From Neisseriaceae bacterium (GTDB lineage Bacteria; Pseudomonadota; Gammaproteobacteria; Burkholderiales; UBA11063): DNA of 64,000 nucleotides. A model generated the notes under the pieces. It searched no databases. It was not told where the DNA came from and saw only the letters and a program-made list of their open reading frames with translations. The position numbers and the translations under genes are program-made. The stretch covers positions 2,316 through 66,315 of the forward strand of contig JBKDHQ010000163.1 in the NCBI GenBank assembly GCA_046336365.1. The letters are read 5' to 3'. Below are positions 8,141-17,630 of this stretch, in pieces. Each line of letters begins with the position of its first letter. The first letter of the stretch is position 1.

Positions 8141-8953
8141 ATGAAGCTTTTAAAAATAGGACTATTTATTACTAGCTTATTAACAGTGAGTGCTGTTTTT
8201 AGCGATGAGATTATTACTATAGCAGCATCCCCGGTACCACATGCAGAAATATTAAAACAAATTAAGCCGATATTAAAGAAAGAAGGTATTGATTTACAAA
8301 TTAAAGAGTTTAATGATTATGTGCTACCAAATTTAGCAGTTGCTCAAGGTAAGATGGATGCGAATTTTTTTCAGCACCGTCCATATCTTGCTCAGTTTAA
8401 TAAAGATAAAGGAACTAATTTGGTTGAGCTAGTGGGGGTTGAAATTGAGCCTATGGGGATATATATTGGTTCTGAAGCTAAGCTTAAAGATTTTGCAAAA
8501 AGTAAATCGGTTGCAAAATTGCCTAAAGGTTTGAAAGTAGCAATCCCAAATGATACTACTAATGAGGGTAGATCATTATTGCTGTTACAAAAGCATGGAT
8601 TGATAAAGGTTAAATCAGATGTCAAGTATCCTACAAAGAATGATATTATTTCAAATCCATATCAGTTGAAATTTGTAGAACTTGAAGCTGCAATGCTACC
8701 TAGAGTGTTAAGTGGAAAACAAGTTGATATTGCAGTAATTAACTCAAATTATGCACTAGATGCTAATTTATTACCAACAAAGGATGCTGTTTTTATTGAA
8801 GATTCAACTAGCCCATATGTAAATATAATAGCGGTTCGTCCTACCGAATTAAATGAGCCTAAAATGAAAAAACTCGCACAAGCGCTGCATTCAAAGAGTT
8901 TGAAGTCTTATATTGATAAGCAATATAAAGGTGCTGTAATCCCTACTTTCTAA
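8141..8953 (+). CDS. metQ: Methionine-binding lipoprotein / substrate-binding protein (NlpA family)
   Basis: Signal peptide present. NlpA/MetQ-like 'DANFFQHRPYL', 'IAIPNDTTNEGRSLLLL' and 'AVINSNYA'. Length is 270 aa. Confidence 0.85.
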   Translation: MKLLKIGLFITSLLTVSAVFSDEIITIAASPVPHAEILKQIKPILKKEGIDLQIKEFNDYVLPNLAVAQGKMDANFFQHRPYLAQFNKDKGTNLVELVGVEIEPMGIYIGSEAKLKDFAKSKSVAKLPKGLKVAIPNDTTNEGRSLLLLQKHGLIKVKSDVKYPTKNDIISNPYQLKFVELEAAMLPRVLSGKQVDIAVINSNYALDANLLPTKDAVFIEDSTSPYVNIIAVRPTELNEPKMKKLAQALHSKSLKSYIDKQYKGAVIPTF

Positions 8954-8963
8954 TTGGGTAGAT

Positions 8964-9563
8964 ATGATAAATAGAATAAGTGGAGAACTAATTTCACTAA
9001 AACCACCAGCTGTGGTTGTTGAAGCATTTGGCGTCGGTTATGAAATTGATCTACCAATGTCAGATTGTTGTGATTTGCCTGACGTTGGCAATAAAATCAT
9101 AATACATACTCATTTGGTGGTTCGAGAGGATGCACATTTATTGTTTGGTTTTTTAAAAGAACAGTCTAGAGATTGCTTTAGACAATTGATTAAAGTCTCT
9201 GGAATTGGTCCTAAAATTGCTTTAGCATTGCTTTCGACTCTAAATGCAAATGAAGTTAGCTTTGCTATCAATAGTGCTGACGTAGCAACTTTATGTAGAA
9301 CCCCAGGAATTGGGAAGAAAGTCGCAGAGCGTATTTTGTTAGAATTAAAAGGCAAAACATTAGATGGTGGCATACCATCTGTTTCTCTAAGTATTGGGAC
9401 ATCCTATTCAATTCATTTGGATATTGCTAATGCATTATCTAGTTTAGGGTATGGTGAAAAAGAAACATCTTTAGTAATAAAACAGCTACCCAAGGACATT
9501 GTGGATTTAAGTAGTGGTATAAAAGAAGCCTTAAAATTATTAAGTAAACACAAGTCCTTGTAG
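8964..9563 (+). CDS. ruvA: Holliday junction DNA helicase subunit RuvA
   Basis: 'I.G.L......VVVEAFGVGYEI', HhH motifs 'VSGIGPKIALALLS' and 'PGIGKKVAERILLELK'. Length is 199 aa. Confidence 0.9.
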   Translation: MINRISGELISLKPPAVVVEAFGVGYEIDLPMSDCCDLPDVGNKIIIHTHLVVREDAHLLFGFLKEQSRDCFRQLIKVSGIGPKIALALLSTLNANEVSFAINSADVATLCRTPGIGKKVAERILLELKGKTLDGGIPSVSLSIGTSYSIHLDIANALSSLGYGEKETSLVIKQLPKDIVDLSSGIKEALKLLSKHKSL

Positions 9564-9628
9564 TTAAATGGATATAACGGCCCCCTCCTAAGGGGCAGTT
9601 GCAGGTTCGATTCCTGCCAGGGGCACCA
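9554..9628 (+). tRNA. tRNA-Arg (anticodon CCU)
   Basis: A 75-nt cloverleaf folded by hand. Acceptor stem GUCCUUG/CAGGGGC has 2 G-U pairs. D stem is GUUA/UAAC with a GG loop. Anticodon stem is GCCCC/GGGGC with loop CU-CCU-AA. T arm is GCAGG-UUCGAUU-CCUGC. The 3' ACCA is encoded. Confidence 0.85.
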
Positions 9629-9643
9629 TTTTTGTGAAGTGTC

Positions 9644-10657
9644 ATGAATTTCCAGAAGAATTATAGTTTAACTAAGTTTAATACGATGAGGCTTAGGGCT
9701 ACTGCCACTGATTTTATTGAATTATTCAATTTAAAAGATTTGGTCGCAATTGGAGGATATTTAAAAGATACTAAGTGCCGCTATTTTGTATTAGGTGGGG
9801 GTAGTAATGTGCTTCTACCAGAAATTTATAATGGATTGGTAATACACAATAGTTTAAATGGTGTAGATAAAATTGCAGAAGATGAAGATTATGTCATAGT
9901 AGAGGCAATGGCTGGAGAAATATGGGATGAATTTGTATCTTATACTCTAGCAAATGACTGGTTTGGTTTAGAAAATTTAAGTTTAATACCAGGATCAGTT
10001 GGTGCGGCTCCTATACAAAATATTGGTGCTTATGGAGCTGAGGTTGGTGATTTTATTGAATATGTTAAAATATTTGATATTGTGGATCAATCGTTTAAAC
10101 AACTAAAGCCTCAAGATTGTAATTTTAGTTATCGAAATAGTGTATTTAAAGTTAAGCACAATTATATAGTAATAGCAGTTGGGTTTAAGCTTTTAAAAAA
10201 AGCTAATCTAAATATTAAATATGCAGATATTGCACAATATATTAAAAATACTACTGAAGCTACAGCATTAGATTTAAGAAATTGTATTATTAAGATTAGA
10301 CAAGCAAAGCTACCCGACCCAAAATTTATTGGAAATGTTGGTAGTTTTTTCCATAACCCAATTATAACAAGACAGGATGTGTTATTTCTAAAACAGCGAT
10401 ATGAAGATTTGCCAGTATATGATATAGATGATAAATTTGTTAAAATTTCTGCGGGGTGGTTGATAGATAAACTGGGTTTGAAAGGATATCAGAAAAATAG
10501 CATATCGGTTTATGAAAAGCAAGCTCTTGTGTTTATAAATAATGGGGAATCAACACAAACGGAAGTACTGACATTTGCTAAATTTATTCAGGATATGGTT
10601 AAGTCAACTTATAATATAGATTTAACTATTGAGCCAATTATAGTTTCAAAGGATTAA
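9644..10657 (+). CDS. murB: UDP-N-acetylenolpyruvoylglucosamine reductase
   Basis: FAD-binding 'VLGGGSNVL', 'ENLSLIPGSVGAAPIQNIGAYG' and C-terminal 'SAGWLID..G.KG'. Confidence 0.9.
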   Translation: MNFQKNYSLTKFNTMRLRATATDFIELFNLKDLVAIGGYLKDTKCRYFVLGGGSNVLLPEIYNGLVIHNSLNGVDKIAEDEDYVIVEAMAGEIWDEFVSYTLANDWFGLENLSLIPGSVGAAPIQNIGAYGAEVGDFIEYVKIFDIVDQSFKQLKPQDCNFSYRNSVFKVKHNYIVIAVGFKLLKKANLNIKYADIAQYIKNTTEATALDLRNCIIKIRQAKLPDPKFIGNVGSFFHNPIITRQDVLFLKQRYEDLPVYDIDDKFVKISAGWLIDKLGLKGYQKNSISVYEKQALVFINNGESTQTEVLTFAKFIQDMVKSTYNIDLTIEPIIVSKD

Positions 10658-10658
10658 G

Positions 10659-11426
10659 ATGCGAATTTTGTTAACAAATGATGATGGTTATAGAGCGCTT
10701 GGAATTAATACGCTATATCAAGCACTTATAAAGGCTGGTCATGAAGTTATAATAGTTGCTCCAGAACGTAATTCAAGTGGGGCAGGTCAATCTATAACAG
10801 TATATATGCCAATATCAATTACATGTGTATCAGAAAATATATATTTTGTTTCAAGTACGCCAGCTGATGGTATTAGGCTTGGATTACAATATGTTTATGA
10901 AACTCCAGAAAATTATCCGGATATGATTATATCTGGAATTAATATGGGTGAGAATATTGCGGATGATATATTTTATTCTGGAACGGTTGGTGCGGCGAGA
11001 GAGGGGCTTCTTCATGGTATTAGAAGTCTTGCTATATCAACGCCTGGTCCTGAATTTAATAATTTGGATTCTGCAGCAAAAATCGTTGTTGACTTGTTAG
11101 ATAGGATATCCTATTATGAGAAACAATGTAAGATTGATGGGCCATTTATTTGGAATATTAATATTCCAAATAAGCCTTATGAAGAAATTTCTGGTTTTGA
11201 GGCTACTAAGCTAGGTGCCAAACCATTGCATAAACCTCTTGAAAAACAAATAACTCCTCGTGGAAATGTTGTGTATTGGCAAGGTGAATCTAGTGATCTT
11301 AATAATGCTGAAATTGGAACTGATGTTGATGTTTTTTTGCGACAAGAAAAAGTTTCAATAACACCATTGCTTATGTTACCAACTGATTATTTACAAATGC
11401 CACTTATAAGTGCATTAACAATTTAA
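10659..11426 (+). CDS. surE: 5'/3'-nucleotidase SurE
   Basis: 'MRILLTNDDG', 'PERNSSGAG' and 'SGINMGEN...YSGTVGAAREG'. Confidence 0.9.
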   Translation: MRILLTNDDGYRALGINTLYQALIKAGHEVIIVAPERNSSGAGQSITVYMPISITCVSENIYFVSSTPADGIRLGLQYVYETPENYPDMIISGINMGENIADDIFYSGTVGAAREGLLHGIRSLAISTPGPEFNNLDSAAKIVVDLLDRISYYEKQCKIDGPFIWNINIPNKPYEEISGFEATKLGAKPLHKPLEKQITPRGNVVYWQGESSDLNNAEIGTDVDVFLRQEKVSITPLLMLPTDYLQMPLISALTI

Positions 11427-11439
11427 TAGGATATTTAAA

Positions 11440-12051
11440 ATGAAAAGAAAAATTTGTCTTATATCTTGTGTTTTCTTATTATTTGGTTGTGCAACACGCA
11501 CAACTCCGGCGCCTATAGTTAATGTAACGACAGTACCCGATTATTCAGAAACAAAACCAAGTGCTATACATGAGAATTCTGGCACTAAATTAGGTAGTAT
11601 AAATCAAGATGAAGTAAAAACTGCACCAATAGAAAAGCAGACTAAACCAGTGCAAGAAGATAGCAAAATTGTTTCAGCTCCTGCTCTTAATAACAATAGT
11701 ACATGGATTAGTCCAACGGATGGCTCTATTATAAAAAAATTTACTGTAGCAAGTAAAGGTATAGATTATACTGGTAAGGTTGGTCAGAGTATAGTTGCTA
11801 TAAATGATGGAAAAGTTGTATATAGTGGTAATGGTTTAAAAGGTTATGGTAATTTAATCATAATAAAGCATGATAAGACTTATTTGAGTGCTTATGCAGA
11901 TAACCAAAATAATCTTATTAAAGAAGGTAGTGTAGTAAAACGTGGTCAGAAAATTGCAACGATGGGACGTGATGCTTTTGGAAAGCCATTACTCCATTTT
12001 GAGGTTAGAAAAAATGGGAAACCAATCGACCCAACACTTTTAATTAAATAG
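11440..12051 (+). CDS. nlpD: NlpD-like M23/LytM-domain lipoprotein
   Basis: Lipobox 'LLFGC'. The C-terminal LytM domain 'GIDYTGKVGQSIVAINDGKVVYSG..LKGYGNLIIIKHDKTYLSAYA' closely parallels E. coli NlpD. It follows surE, as in enterics. Confidence 0.8.
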   Translation: MKRKICLISCVFLLFGCATRTTPAPIVNVTTVPDYSETKPSAIHENSGTKLGSINQDEVKTAPIEKQTKPVQEDSKIVSAPALNNNSTWISPTDGSIIKKFTVASKGIDYTGKVGQSIVAINDGKVVYSGNGLKGYGNLIIIKHDKTYLSAYADNQNNLIKEGSVVKRGQKIATMGRDAFGKPLLHFEVRKNGKPIDPTLLIK

Positions 12052-12060
12052 GAAATTGGC

Positions 12061-12513
12061 ATGTTAGAAAAAATTCAAGTAAAAATAATTGACGAAAAGA
12101 TGCATTCTATGTTGCCAGAATATGCTACATCTGGTTCTGCAGGATTAGACTTACGTGCTTGTATTAATGACAAGTTAATATTAAAACCAGGTGATACAGA
12201 GCTTGTACCTACTGGAATTGCTATTCATATAGAGAATAATAGATATTGTGGTATGATATTACCACGATCAGGTTTGGGCCATAAGCATGGCATTGTATTG
12301 GGTAATTTAGTTGGATTAATTGATTCTGATTATCAAGGTCAACTATTTGTTTCAATTTGGAATCGAGGAAATTCAGTATTTGAATTAAACCCTATGGAAA
12401 GAATAGCACAATTAGTTATCGTTCCAGTTACTCAAGTTGGGTTTGAGCTTGTAGATGAATTTGGTGACTCCGAACGTGGAGTTGGTGGATTTGGTAGTAC
12501 TGGTACAAGATAA
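12061..12513 (+). CDS. dut: dUTP diphosphatase
   Basis: '[12 protein letters not shown]', '[15 protein letters not shown]', 'GLIDSDYQG' and C-terminal 'RG.GGFGSTG'. Confidence 0.95.
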   Translation: MLEKIQVKIIDEKMHSMLPEYATSGSAGLDLRACINDKLILKPGDTELVPTGIAIHIENNRYCGMILPRSGLGHKHGIVLGNLVGLIDSDYQGQLFVSIWNRGNSVFELNPMERIAQLVIVPVTQVGFELVDEFGDSERGVGGFGSTGTR

Positions 12514-12518
12514 TAGGA

Positions 12519-13121
12519 ATTGCTGAAATTAATAAAATTTACCTTGCTTCAAAAAGTCCACGTCGTAAAGAGTTGTTGCAGTTAATGGGTTTAGAGTTTG
12601 AGATTTTATATATTGATATTCCTGAAGAGATAAAACAAAATGAGAGTTTTAGGGAATATTCAGTTCGTATTTGTAATGAAAAAGCAAACTTTGCTTGGAA
12701 TTATTTAGTTAATAATAAATTACCGTTATATCCTGTGTTAACTGCAGATACCGAAGTAATATTTGAAGACACAGTGTTAGGTAAACCTCTTGATTATGAT
12801 GATGCCTTTAGAATGTGGAAGATGTATTCTGGCAAAAGTAATCTAGTAATTACTTCAATTTCGTTAAAATATGAGGACTTTCAAAAAACTTTAATTAATG
12901 AAAGTATGGTATATTTTGATGAAGTTAGTGATCGTGATATCCATAAATATTTAAAAATGGGTGATTATAAAGACAAATCTGGTGGATATGGTATTCAAAG
13001 TTATGCAGGGCAATTTATTAAAAGGATTGAAGGTTGTTTTTTTTCAGTTATGGGAATGCCTTTAAATGGAGTAAAACAGCTTTTACAAGAATTATACAGA
13101 CAAAAATCTGTGCAGAAGTAA
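12519..13121 (+). CDS. maf: Maf-like nucleoside triphosphate pyrophosphatase (septum formation protein Maf); start uncertain
   Basis: The conserved Maf N-terminus 'IYLASKSPRRKELLQL' is encoded in frame upstream of the first ATG (12573). No ATG, GTG or TTG is available there, only ATT codons at 12519, 12528 and 12537. The C-terminus has 'GGYGIQ'. Confidence 0.75.
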   Translation: MAEINKIYLASKSPRRKELLQLMGLEFEILYIDIPEEIKQNESFREYSVRICNEKANFAWNYLVNNKLPLYPVLTADTEVIFEDTVLGKPLDYDDAFRMWKMYSGKSNLVITSISLKYEDFQKTLINESMVYFDEVSDRDIHKYLKMGDYKDKSGGYGIQSYAGQFIKRIEGCFFSVMGMPLNGVKQLLQELYRQKSVQK

Positions 13122-13146
13122 AGTTTTCTTAAAAATATATTAGTAT

Positions 13147-13231
13147 ACCTGATCCACACTTTTTAATTGAATGAAATAAATTTATACTTATATATCAATA
13201 TAAACAATAATAAAAAAAGTGAGGGTTAGGT
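13147..13231. repeat. Hairpin/MITE-like element, family C, copy 3 (inverted orientation)
   Basis: Termini 'acctgatccacacttttt' / 'aaaaagtgagggttaggt'. The interior 'gaaataaatttata.ttatatatcaatataaa' is the reverse complement of the core of the 7191 copy. Confidence 0.7.
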
Positions 13232-13260
13232 ATTAGTATAATTGTGCATTTTAAAAAGTG

Positions 13261-14031
13261 CTAATAATTTAGTTGTAACATATGCAAAATGCCTAACAAA
13301 ACTAATTCGGGAATTACATAATCAAATATGTTGTGTTCTGAAAATAAGTGTGCAAATCCTCCAGTGCCAACAGTAATTGGCTTCTCGGCCAGCTTATATT
13401 CTATGACTGTTTGTTTAATAATTTGCTCCATTAGACCAAGCTGTGCATAGTAAATTCCAGATTGAATTGAAAATTTAGTATTTTTGCCAATGACCATTTC
13501 TGGTTTGACGATATCTACACCAAATAGTTTTGCTGTATTACTTTGTAATGAACTAACCATTAAACGTATCCCTGGTGTAATTGAAACTCCCTGATACTCT
13601 CCTTTATTACTTATATAGCTAGCGGTTGTGGCTGTGCCAAGATCAAAGACAATAATATCTTTTCCTTTATGTAAGTTATATGCAGCCATAGCACCAGCAA
13701 TTAGATCACTCCCAACCTCATTAGGATTATGGGTTTTAATATAGATGCCGGTTTTAATTCCAGGGTTTAAAAATAGTGGTTCGCAATTTAAATATTTAAT
13801 ACATGCTGCGCGTATAGTATAGTCGACAGCTGGTACCACTGATGCTATGCCAATGCGTTTAATTTTTTCAAAATCTATATTATTTTCACGAAATACACTT
13901 CTTAGGAAAATTCCAAATTGATCAGAGCTATTAATTTGCTTTGAATCATATCTAAATTGAAGCATTAATTCATCATTATTAAAAATTCCGCCACATAATT
14001 GTGAGTTTCCAACATCTAGACATAAAAACAT
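13261..14031 (-). CDS. coaX: Type III pantothenate kinase
   Basis: 'LCLDVGNSQ' (DxGNT/S phosphate-1 motif), 'VFDLGTATT' and 'TGGFA'. Length is 256 aa. Confidence 0.9.
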   Translation of the reverse strand: MFLCLDVGNSQLCGGIFNNDELMLQFRYDSKQINSSDQFGIFLRSVFRENNIDFEKIKRIGIASVVPAVDYTIRAACIKYLNCEPLFLNPGIKTGIYIKTHNPNEVGSDLIAGAMAAYNLHKGKDIIVFDLGTATTASYISNKGEYQGVSITPGIRLMVSSLQSNTAKLFGVDIVKPEMVIGKNTKFSIQSGIYYAQLGLMEQIIKQTVIEYKLAEKPITVGTGGFAHLFSEHNIFDYVIPELVLLGILHMLQLNY

Positions 14032-14340
14032 TTTTAGTATCCGTGAAAATTATAATCTAAGTAATGGAATTATATAACTAATTACCAATTTAAATATATG
14101 TTAAAAGTACTTTGAGTTCTTAATAAATAAAACGTTGTTTATTGGTTTTGTACATGATTATAACATAAATATTATTATAAATAATGAAGCTTTTGTCGTA
14201 TCAACGGTACATTTCCTAATCTGAATTAGTCTCATTATTTGCATTGTTTATATAAAATTTATTTGTAGATTTTGTGTTAGAATATATATCTAATTATAAA
14301 ATATCTAATTATAAATAAATGTTAATTGTTAGGAGAGTTT

Positions 14341-15243
14341 ATGAATTCATCAAATATTCCTGATAAAATTGAAATTGATGTAAAAAGCGGAAGTTTCCAT
14401 ACAGGCAATGTAACATGTCCAATGGTTGGTTTTGGTTCTGATAAACTTTTGGGAAAGGTGTGTGTTGATGCTATTGTTCAGGCAGCAGAAGCTGGTTATC
14501 GTATTATTGATAGTGCTACTGCTTATAAAAATCTAGATGCTATAGGAGATGCGCTTCAACAACTAGATCGAAAGCAATTTTATATTATTTCTAAAGTATG
14601 GCACAATATGTTATACCCGGAAGATGTAAATAGAGACTTGGAAGAAACATTAAAAAAACTTAAAACAGATTATTTAGATGCATATCTAATCCATTGGCCA
14701 AATAGAAGCATTCCCATTGAAAAAACTTTGTTAGCTATGGAAAAATCAAGACAGCAGAATAAAATACATCATGTTGGGATGTCCAATGTAACGGTTAATC
14801 ACTTAAAAAAAGCACTTGAAATTGGCGTTCCTATTTCATGGGTACAAGTGGAAATGAATCCAAATTTTTTTGACCAACCACTATATGAACTATGTCAGGA
14901 AAACTCAATCTCATATCAAGTATGGAGGCCTTTAGACTTTGGCAGATTAAATAATGATGAATTATTAGTGGATATTGGTAAAAAATATAATAAATCAGCT
15001 TGTCAAATTGCTCTTAAATGGATAGTGCAACATGGATGTGTTCCATTACCTGGTAGTAAAAATAAAGATCATATTCGTGATAATATTAATATTATGGATT
15101 TTTCTATTAGTGCAGATGATATGAAATTGATTGATCAAAGAGCAATACCAGGAAAACGTTTTCGCTTAAGAGAAGATTATGGCCTTGGTTTTACTGATGA
15201 GTTTGATTTAACATATGATGAATGTTGGGCTAATGGTGCTTAA
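14341..15243 (+). CDS. Aldo/keto reductase family oxidoreductase
   Basis: AKR motifs 'IDSATAYKN', 'ISKVW', 'YLDAYLIHWP' and 'LPGSKNKDHIRDN'. The ATG at 14341 follows an AGGAG SD, and the track start at 14326 is a TTG. Confidence 0.85.
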   Translation: MNSSNIPDKIEIDVKSGSFHTGNVTCPMVGFGSDKLLGKVCVDAIVQAAEAGYRIIDSATAYKNLDAIGDALQQLDRKQFYIISKVWHNMLYPEDVNRDLEETLKKLKTDYLDAYLIHWPNRSIPIEKTLLAMEKSRQQNKIHHVGMSNVTVNHLKKALEIGVPISWVQVEMNPNFFDQPLYELCQENSISYQVWRPLDFGRLNNDELLVDIGKKYNKSACQIALKWIVQHGCVPLPGSKNKDHIRDNINIMDFSISADDMKLIDQRAIPGKRFRLREDYGLGFTDEFDLTYDECWANGA

Positions 15244-15286
15244 TTTGTTTTTGATATTTAAGTAAGCTTATTTATTATAAATGTTT

Positions 15287-15335
15287 GAGCTAATGTGTAG
15301 AAAAGATTTATTTTTCTCACATTAGCTCGTTTTTG
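15287..15335. terminator. Bidirectional rho-independent terminator between convergent genes
   Basis: Long hairpin 'gagctaatgtgtagaaaa' / 'ttttctcacattagctc' with one bulge, followed by 'gtttttg' on the plus strand and an A/T run on the other side. Confidence 0.6.
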
Positions 15336-15346
15336 TGTATTTTTAA

Positions 15347-15640
15347 TTAGTTTATAGAGCACTTAATGGATAATGCCCATGAATTTGTATATTTTTTTAT
15401 TAACTTTTGAGCTTTAGATAATAGATCTGGAATAGACTTACGATACGTGCTTAAATCTGAATTTAAAGATCTAGATAACGTATTGTAAATATCATGAACT
15501 TCATAATACCTATCAATACGGTAAATTACATCATCTTTGCTTTCATCGATTTGCTTTTCAAGAAAGTTTTGGATTTCATTTAAGTTATATAATACAGTTT
15601 GGCCGATAGTATCAACATTTAACTTCATTTTTGCCCTCAC
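15347..15640 (-). CDS. Hypothetical helical protein
   Basis: Open frame only. No motif recognised. It is followed by about 470 bp of very AT-rich non-coding DNA. Confidence 0.35.
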   Translation of the reverse strand: MRAKMKLNVDTIGQTVLYNLNEIQNFLEKQIDESKDDVIYRIDRYYEVHDIYNTLSRSLNSDLSTYRKSIPDLLSKAQKLIKKYTNSWALSIKCSIN

Positions 15641-16108
15641 TATTCCAAAAATTTTTATTAAATCATTTAGAAGAATTCATGAACTGTAACCTACTAACAT
15701 ATATCATGATAAAACGCTTGATAGATAAAGATATTTAAAATTTTTTATTTTGATATTTTGCTTGTGTTAATAAGAGGGTAATTATAGCATATAATATCTT
15801 TGTATGTAAAAAATATTATATATTGTTGTGTGAATTTCATTAGTTATACTAAGGTTATTTCAGCAAAATTACTGATTTTAAAGGGGGTATGGTGGTCTGA
15901 ATTTATTTAAAATAATTTTTAAAAATTATAAAATTATTTTGATAATAAAATTGTAAATAAAGTATTATTATCGTTGTAACCGCATGTAATTTTAAACAAA
16001 ATTACCGTTTACTTAAGTCTATTTTAAAAAAATAATAAAGTAAAGATAAGTTATAACAAGCTTAATAAATTTAAAATATTATTTAAATATTTTAATGGCT
16101 TCTAAGTG

Positions 16109-16729
16109 CTATATATAATAAGTAGTTTTTGTCATTATTTTAGAGAAAGCTGTCATTAACAGTTTAATTGGCCGCGGTAATTGTGCTGCTCCATAATTAT
16201 GAGCCATTTCAGCATGTTTAATTTCATCTTCTTTCATTTGTTGTAGTATAGCCATGCTTTTGCTATCTTCTGGATTTATTTTATCTAAATGGCTTTCAAG
16301 ATGTGCTTCAACTTGTCTTTCTGTTTCTTCTAAAAATCCCAAATTCCACTTATCACCCATAATGCCAGCAGTTATTCCAATTGTTAGGCTTCCAAAGTAA
16401 AATAATGGGTTTAATATGCTCGTTCTTCCACCTAATTCAGTTATACGGTGTTTAGTCCAAGCTAGATGCTCAGTTTCTTCATCTGCAGCTTTTTTAAATG
16501 CTATTTTTGTAGATTTATCTGAAGTAGTAATTGCTTGTCCTTGATATAAAGCTTGAGCACAAACTTCACCGCAATGATTAACTCGCATAAGAGAAATAGC
16601 GTGTTTTTTATCACTTTCAGATAAATCAGATTCTTCTATCAAGCTATCTGGATGAGTTCTTACTGAAACTGGCTCTGAAAATAAAGTTTTGAGGGCCTTG
16701 TCAAATTCAATAATTAAATTGTCTAGCAT
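16109..16729 (-). CDS. coq7: Demethoxyubiquinone hydroxylase (Coq7 family di-iron enzyme)
   Basis: 'RVNHCGEVCAQALYQGQ' and the paired 'EExEH'-type ligand motifs 'DEETEHLAW' and 'EDEIKHAEMA'. Confidence 0.85.
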   Translation of the reverse strand: MLDNLIIEFDKALKTLFSEPVSVRTHPDSLIEESDLSESDKKHAISLMRVNHCGEVCAQALYQGQAITTSDKSTKIAFKKAADEETEHLAWTKHRITELGGRTSILNPLFYFGSLTIGITAGIMGDKWNLGFLEETERQVEAHLESHLDKINPEDSKSMAILQQMKEDEIKHAEMAHNYGAAQLPRPIKLLMTAFSKIMTKTTYYI

Positions 16730-16910
16730 ATGTATAACTGCTTATTAAGATAAAAATAAAAGTTGCAAAATAAATGTGTTACAGGTTAAAATCCAGTAAT
16801 TGAAAGCAATTCCAAGAAAAATCTACATATACTTGAAATTGTTCAACTATACATAATTATATACTATTGGAAAGTTTTTATAACAATATTTTTAAAGAAG
16901 GTTTATTTTT

Positions 16911-17441
16911 ATGGACATAGATAAAATTAATGCAGGGCAAAACATTCCTGATGAATTTAATGTTATTATTGAAATTCCAGCATATTCTTCTCCAATTAAA
17001 TATGAAATGGATAAAGATTCTGGAGCATTATTTGTAGATCGTTTTGTGGGTACCGGAATGTCATATCCATTTAATTACGGTTTTATTCCACATACTTTAT
17101 CTGAAGATGGAGATCCTGCTGATGTTTTAGTAATTACCCCATTTCCTCTTGTGCATTCTTCAGTAATTAAATGTCGTACAATAGGTGTTTTATTAATGGA
17201 AGATGAATCTGGGGTTGATGCAAAAATTTTGGCATTGCCCGTAAAAAAGGTCTGCCCGGTTTATAAAGACATAGATACTATTGATGGATTGCCTTCATTA
17301 TATATTGATCAGATTAAATATTTCTTTGAACATTATAAAGGATTAGAACCTGGTAAATGGGTGAAAATTACTGGTTGGAAAGATGCATCATATGCAAAAG
17401 AAGAAATTGTAGAATCGATAAAAAGATATAAAAAAGAATAA
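16911..17441 (+). CDS. ppa: Inorganic pyrophosphatase (family I)
   Basis: 'IIEIPA.S..KYE.DKDSG...VDR', 'YGFIPHTLSEDGDPADVLV'. Length is 176 aa. Confidence 0.95.
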   Translation: MDIDKINAGQNIPDEFNVIIEIPAYSSPIKYEMDKDSGALFVDRFVGTGMSYPFNYGFIPHTLSEDGDPADVLVITPFPLVHSSVIKCRTIGVLLMEDESGVDAKILALPVKKVCPVYKDIDTIDGLPSLYIDQIKYFFEHYKGLEPGKWVKITGWKDASYAKEEIVESIKRYKKE

Positions 17442-17451
17442 TGAATTATAT

Positions 17452-17480
17452 AAAATCCCGTTCATTCGGGATTTTATACT
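17452..17480 (+). terminator. Rho-independent terminator of ppa
   Basis: Stem 'aaaatcccg' / 'cgggatttt' with a 6-nt loop 'ttcatt', beginning 11 nt after the ppa stop and running into a U-rich tail. Confidence 0.6.
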
Positions 17481-17630
17481 AAATACTATAAGTAGTTATA
17501 TTGAGTATATCAGTTGTGTAAATTAGGTTGCCTATTGTGTTTTAAGTGCTATGTGAATTATAGTACATTAAGTTGAAATAGAATTTGTTAAGTTTAATTT
17601 ATGGTTTGGTATAAATGATTAGGAGACCAT

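Noticed and set aside
9629-9700. Looked for an integrase, a direct repeat of the tRNA 3' end, or an island boundary next to tRNA-Arg.
   Set aside because: murB starts 16 nt downstream and the flanking genes are core housekeeping. No partial tRNA repeat is seen elsewhere in the window.
15641-16108. A 468-bp extremely AT-rich ORF-free region, considered as a possible ncRNA or decayed gene.
   Set aside because: I could see no conserved-looking stems, repeats or coding-like frames. There is nothing to support a call from sequence alone.
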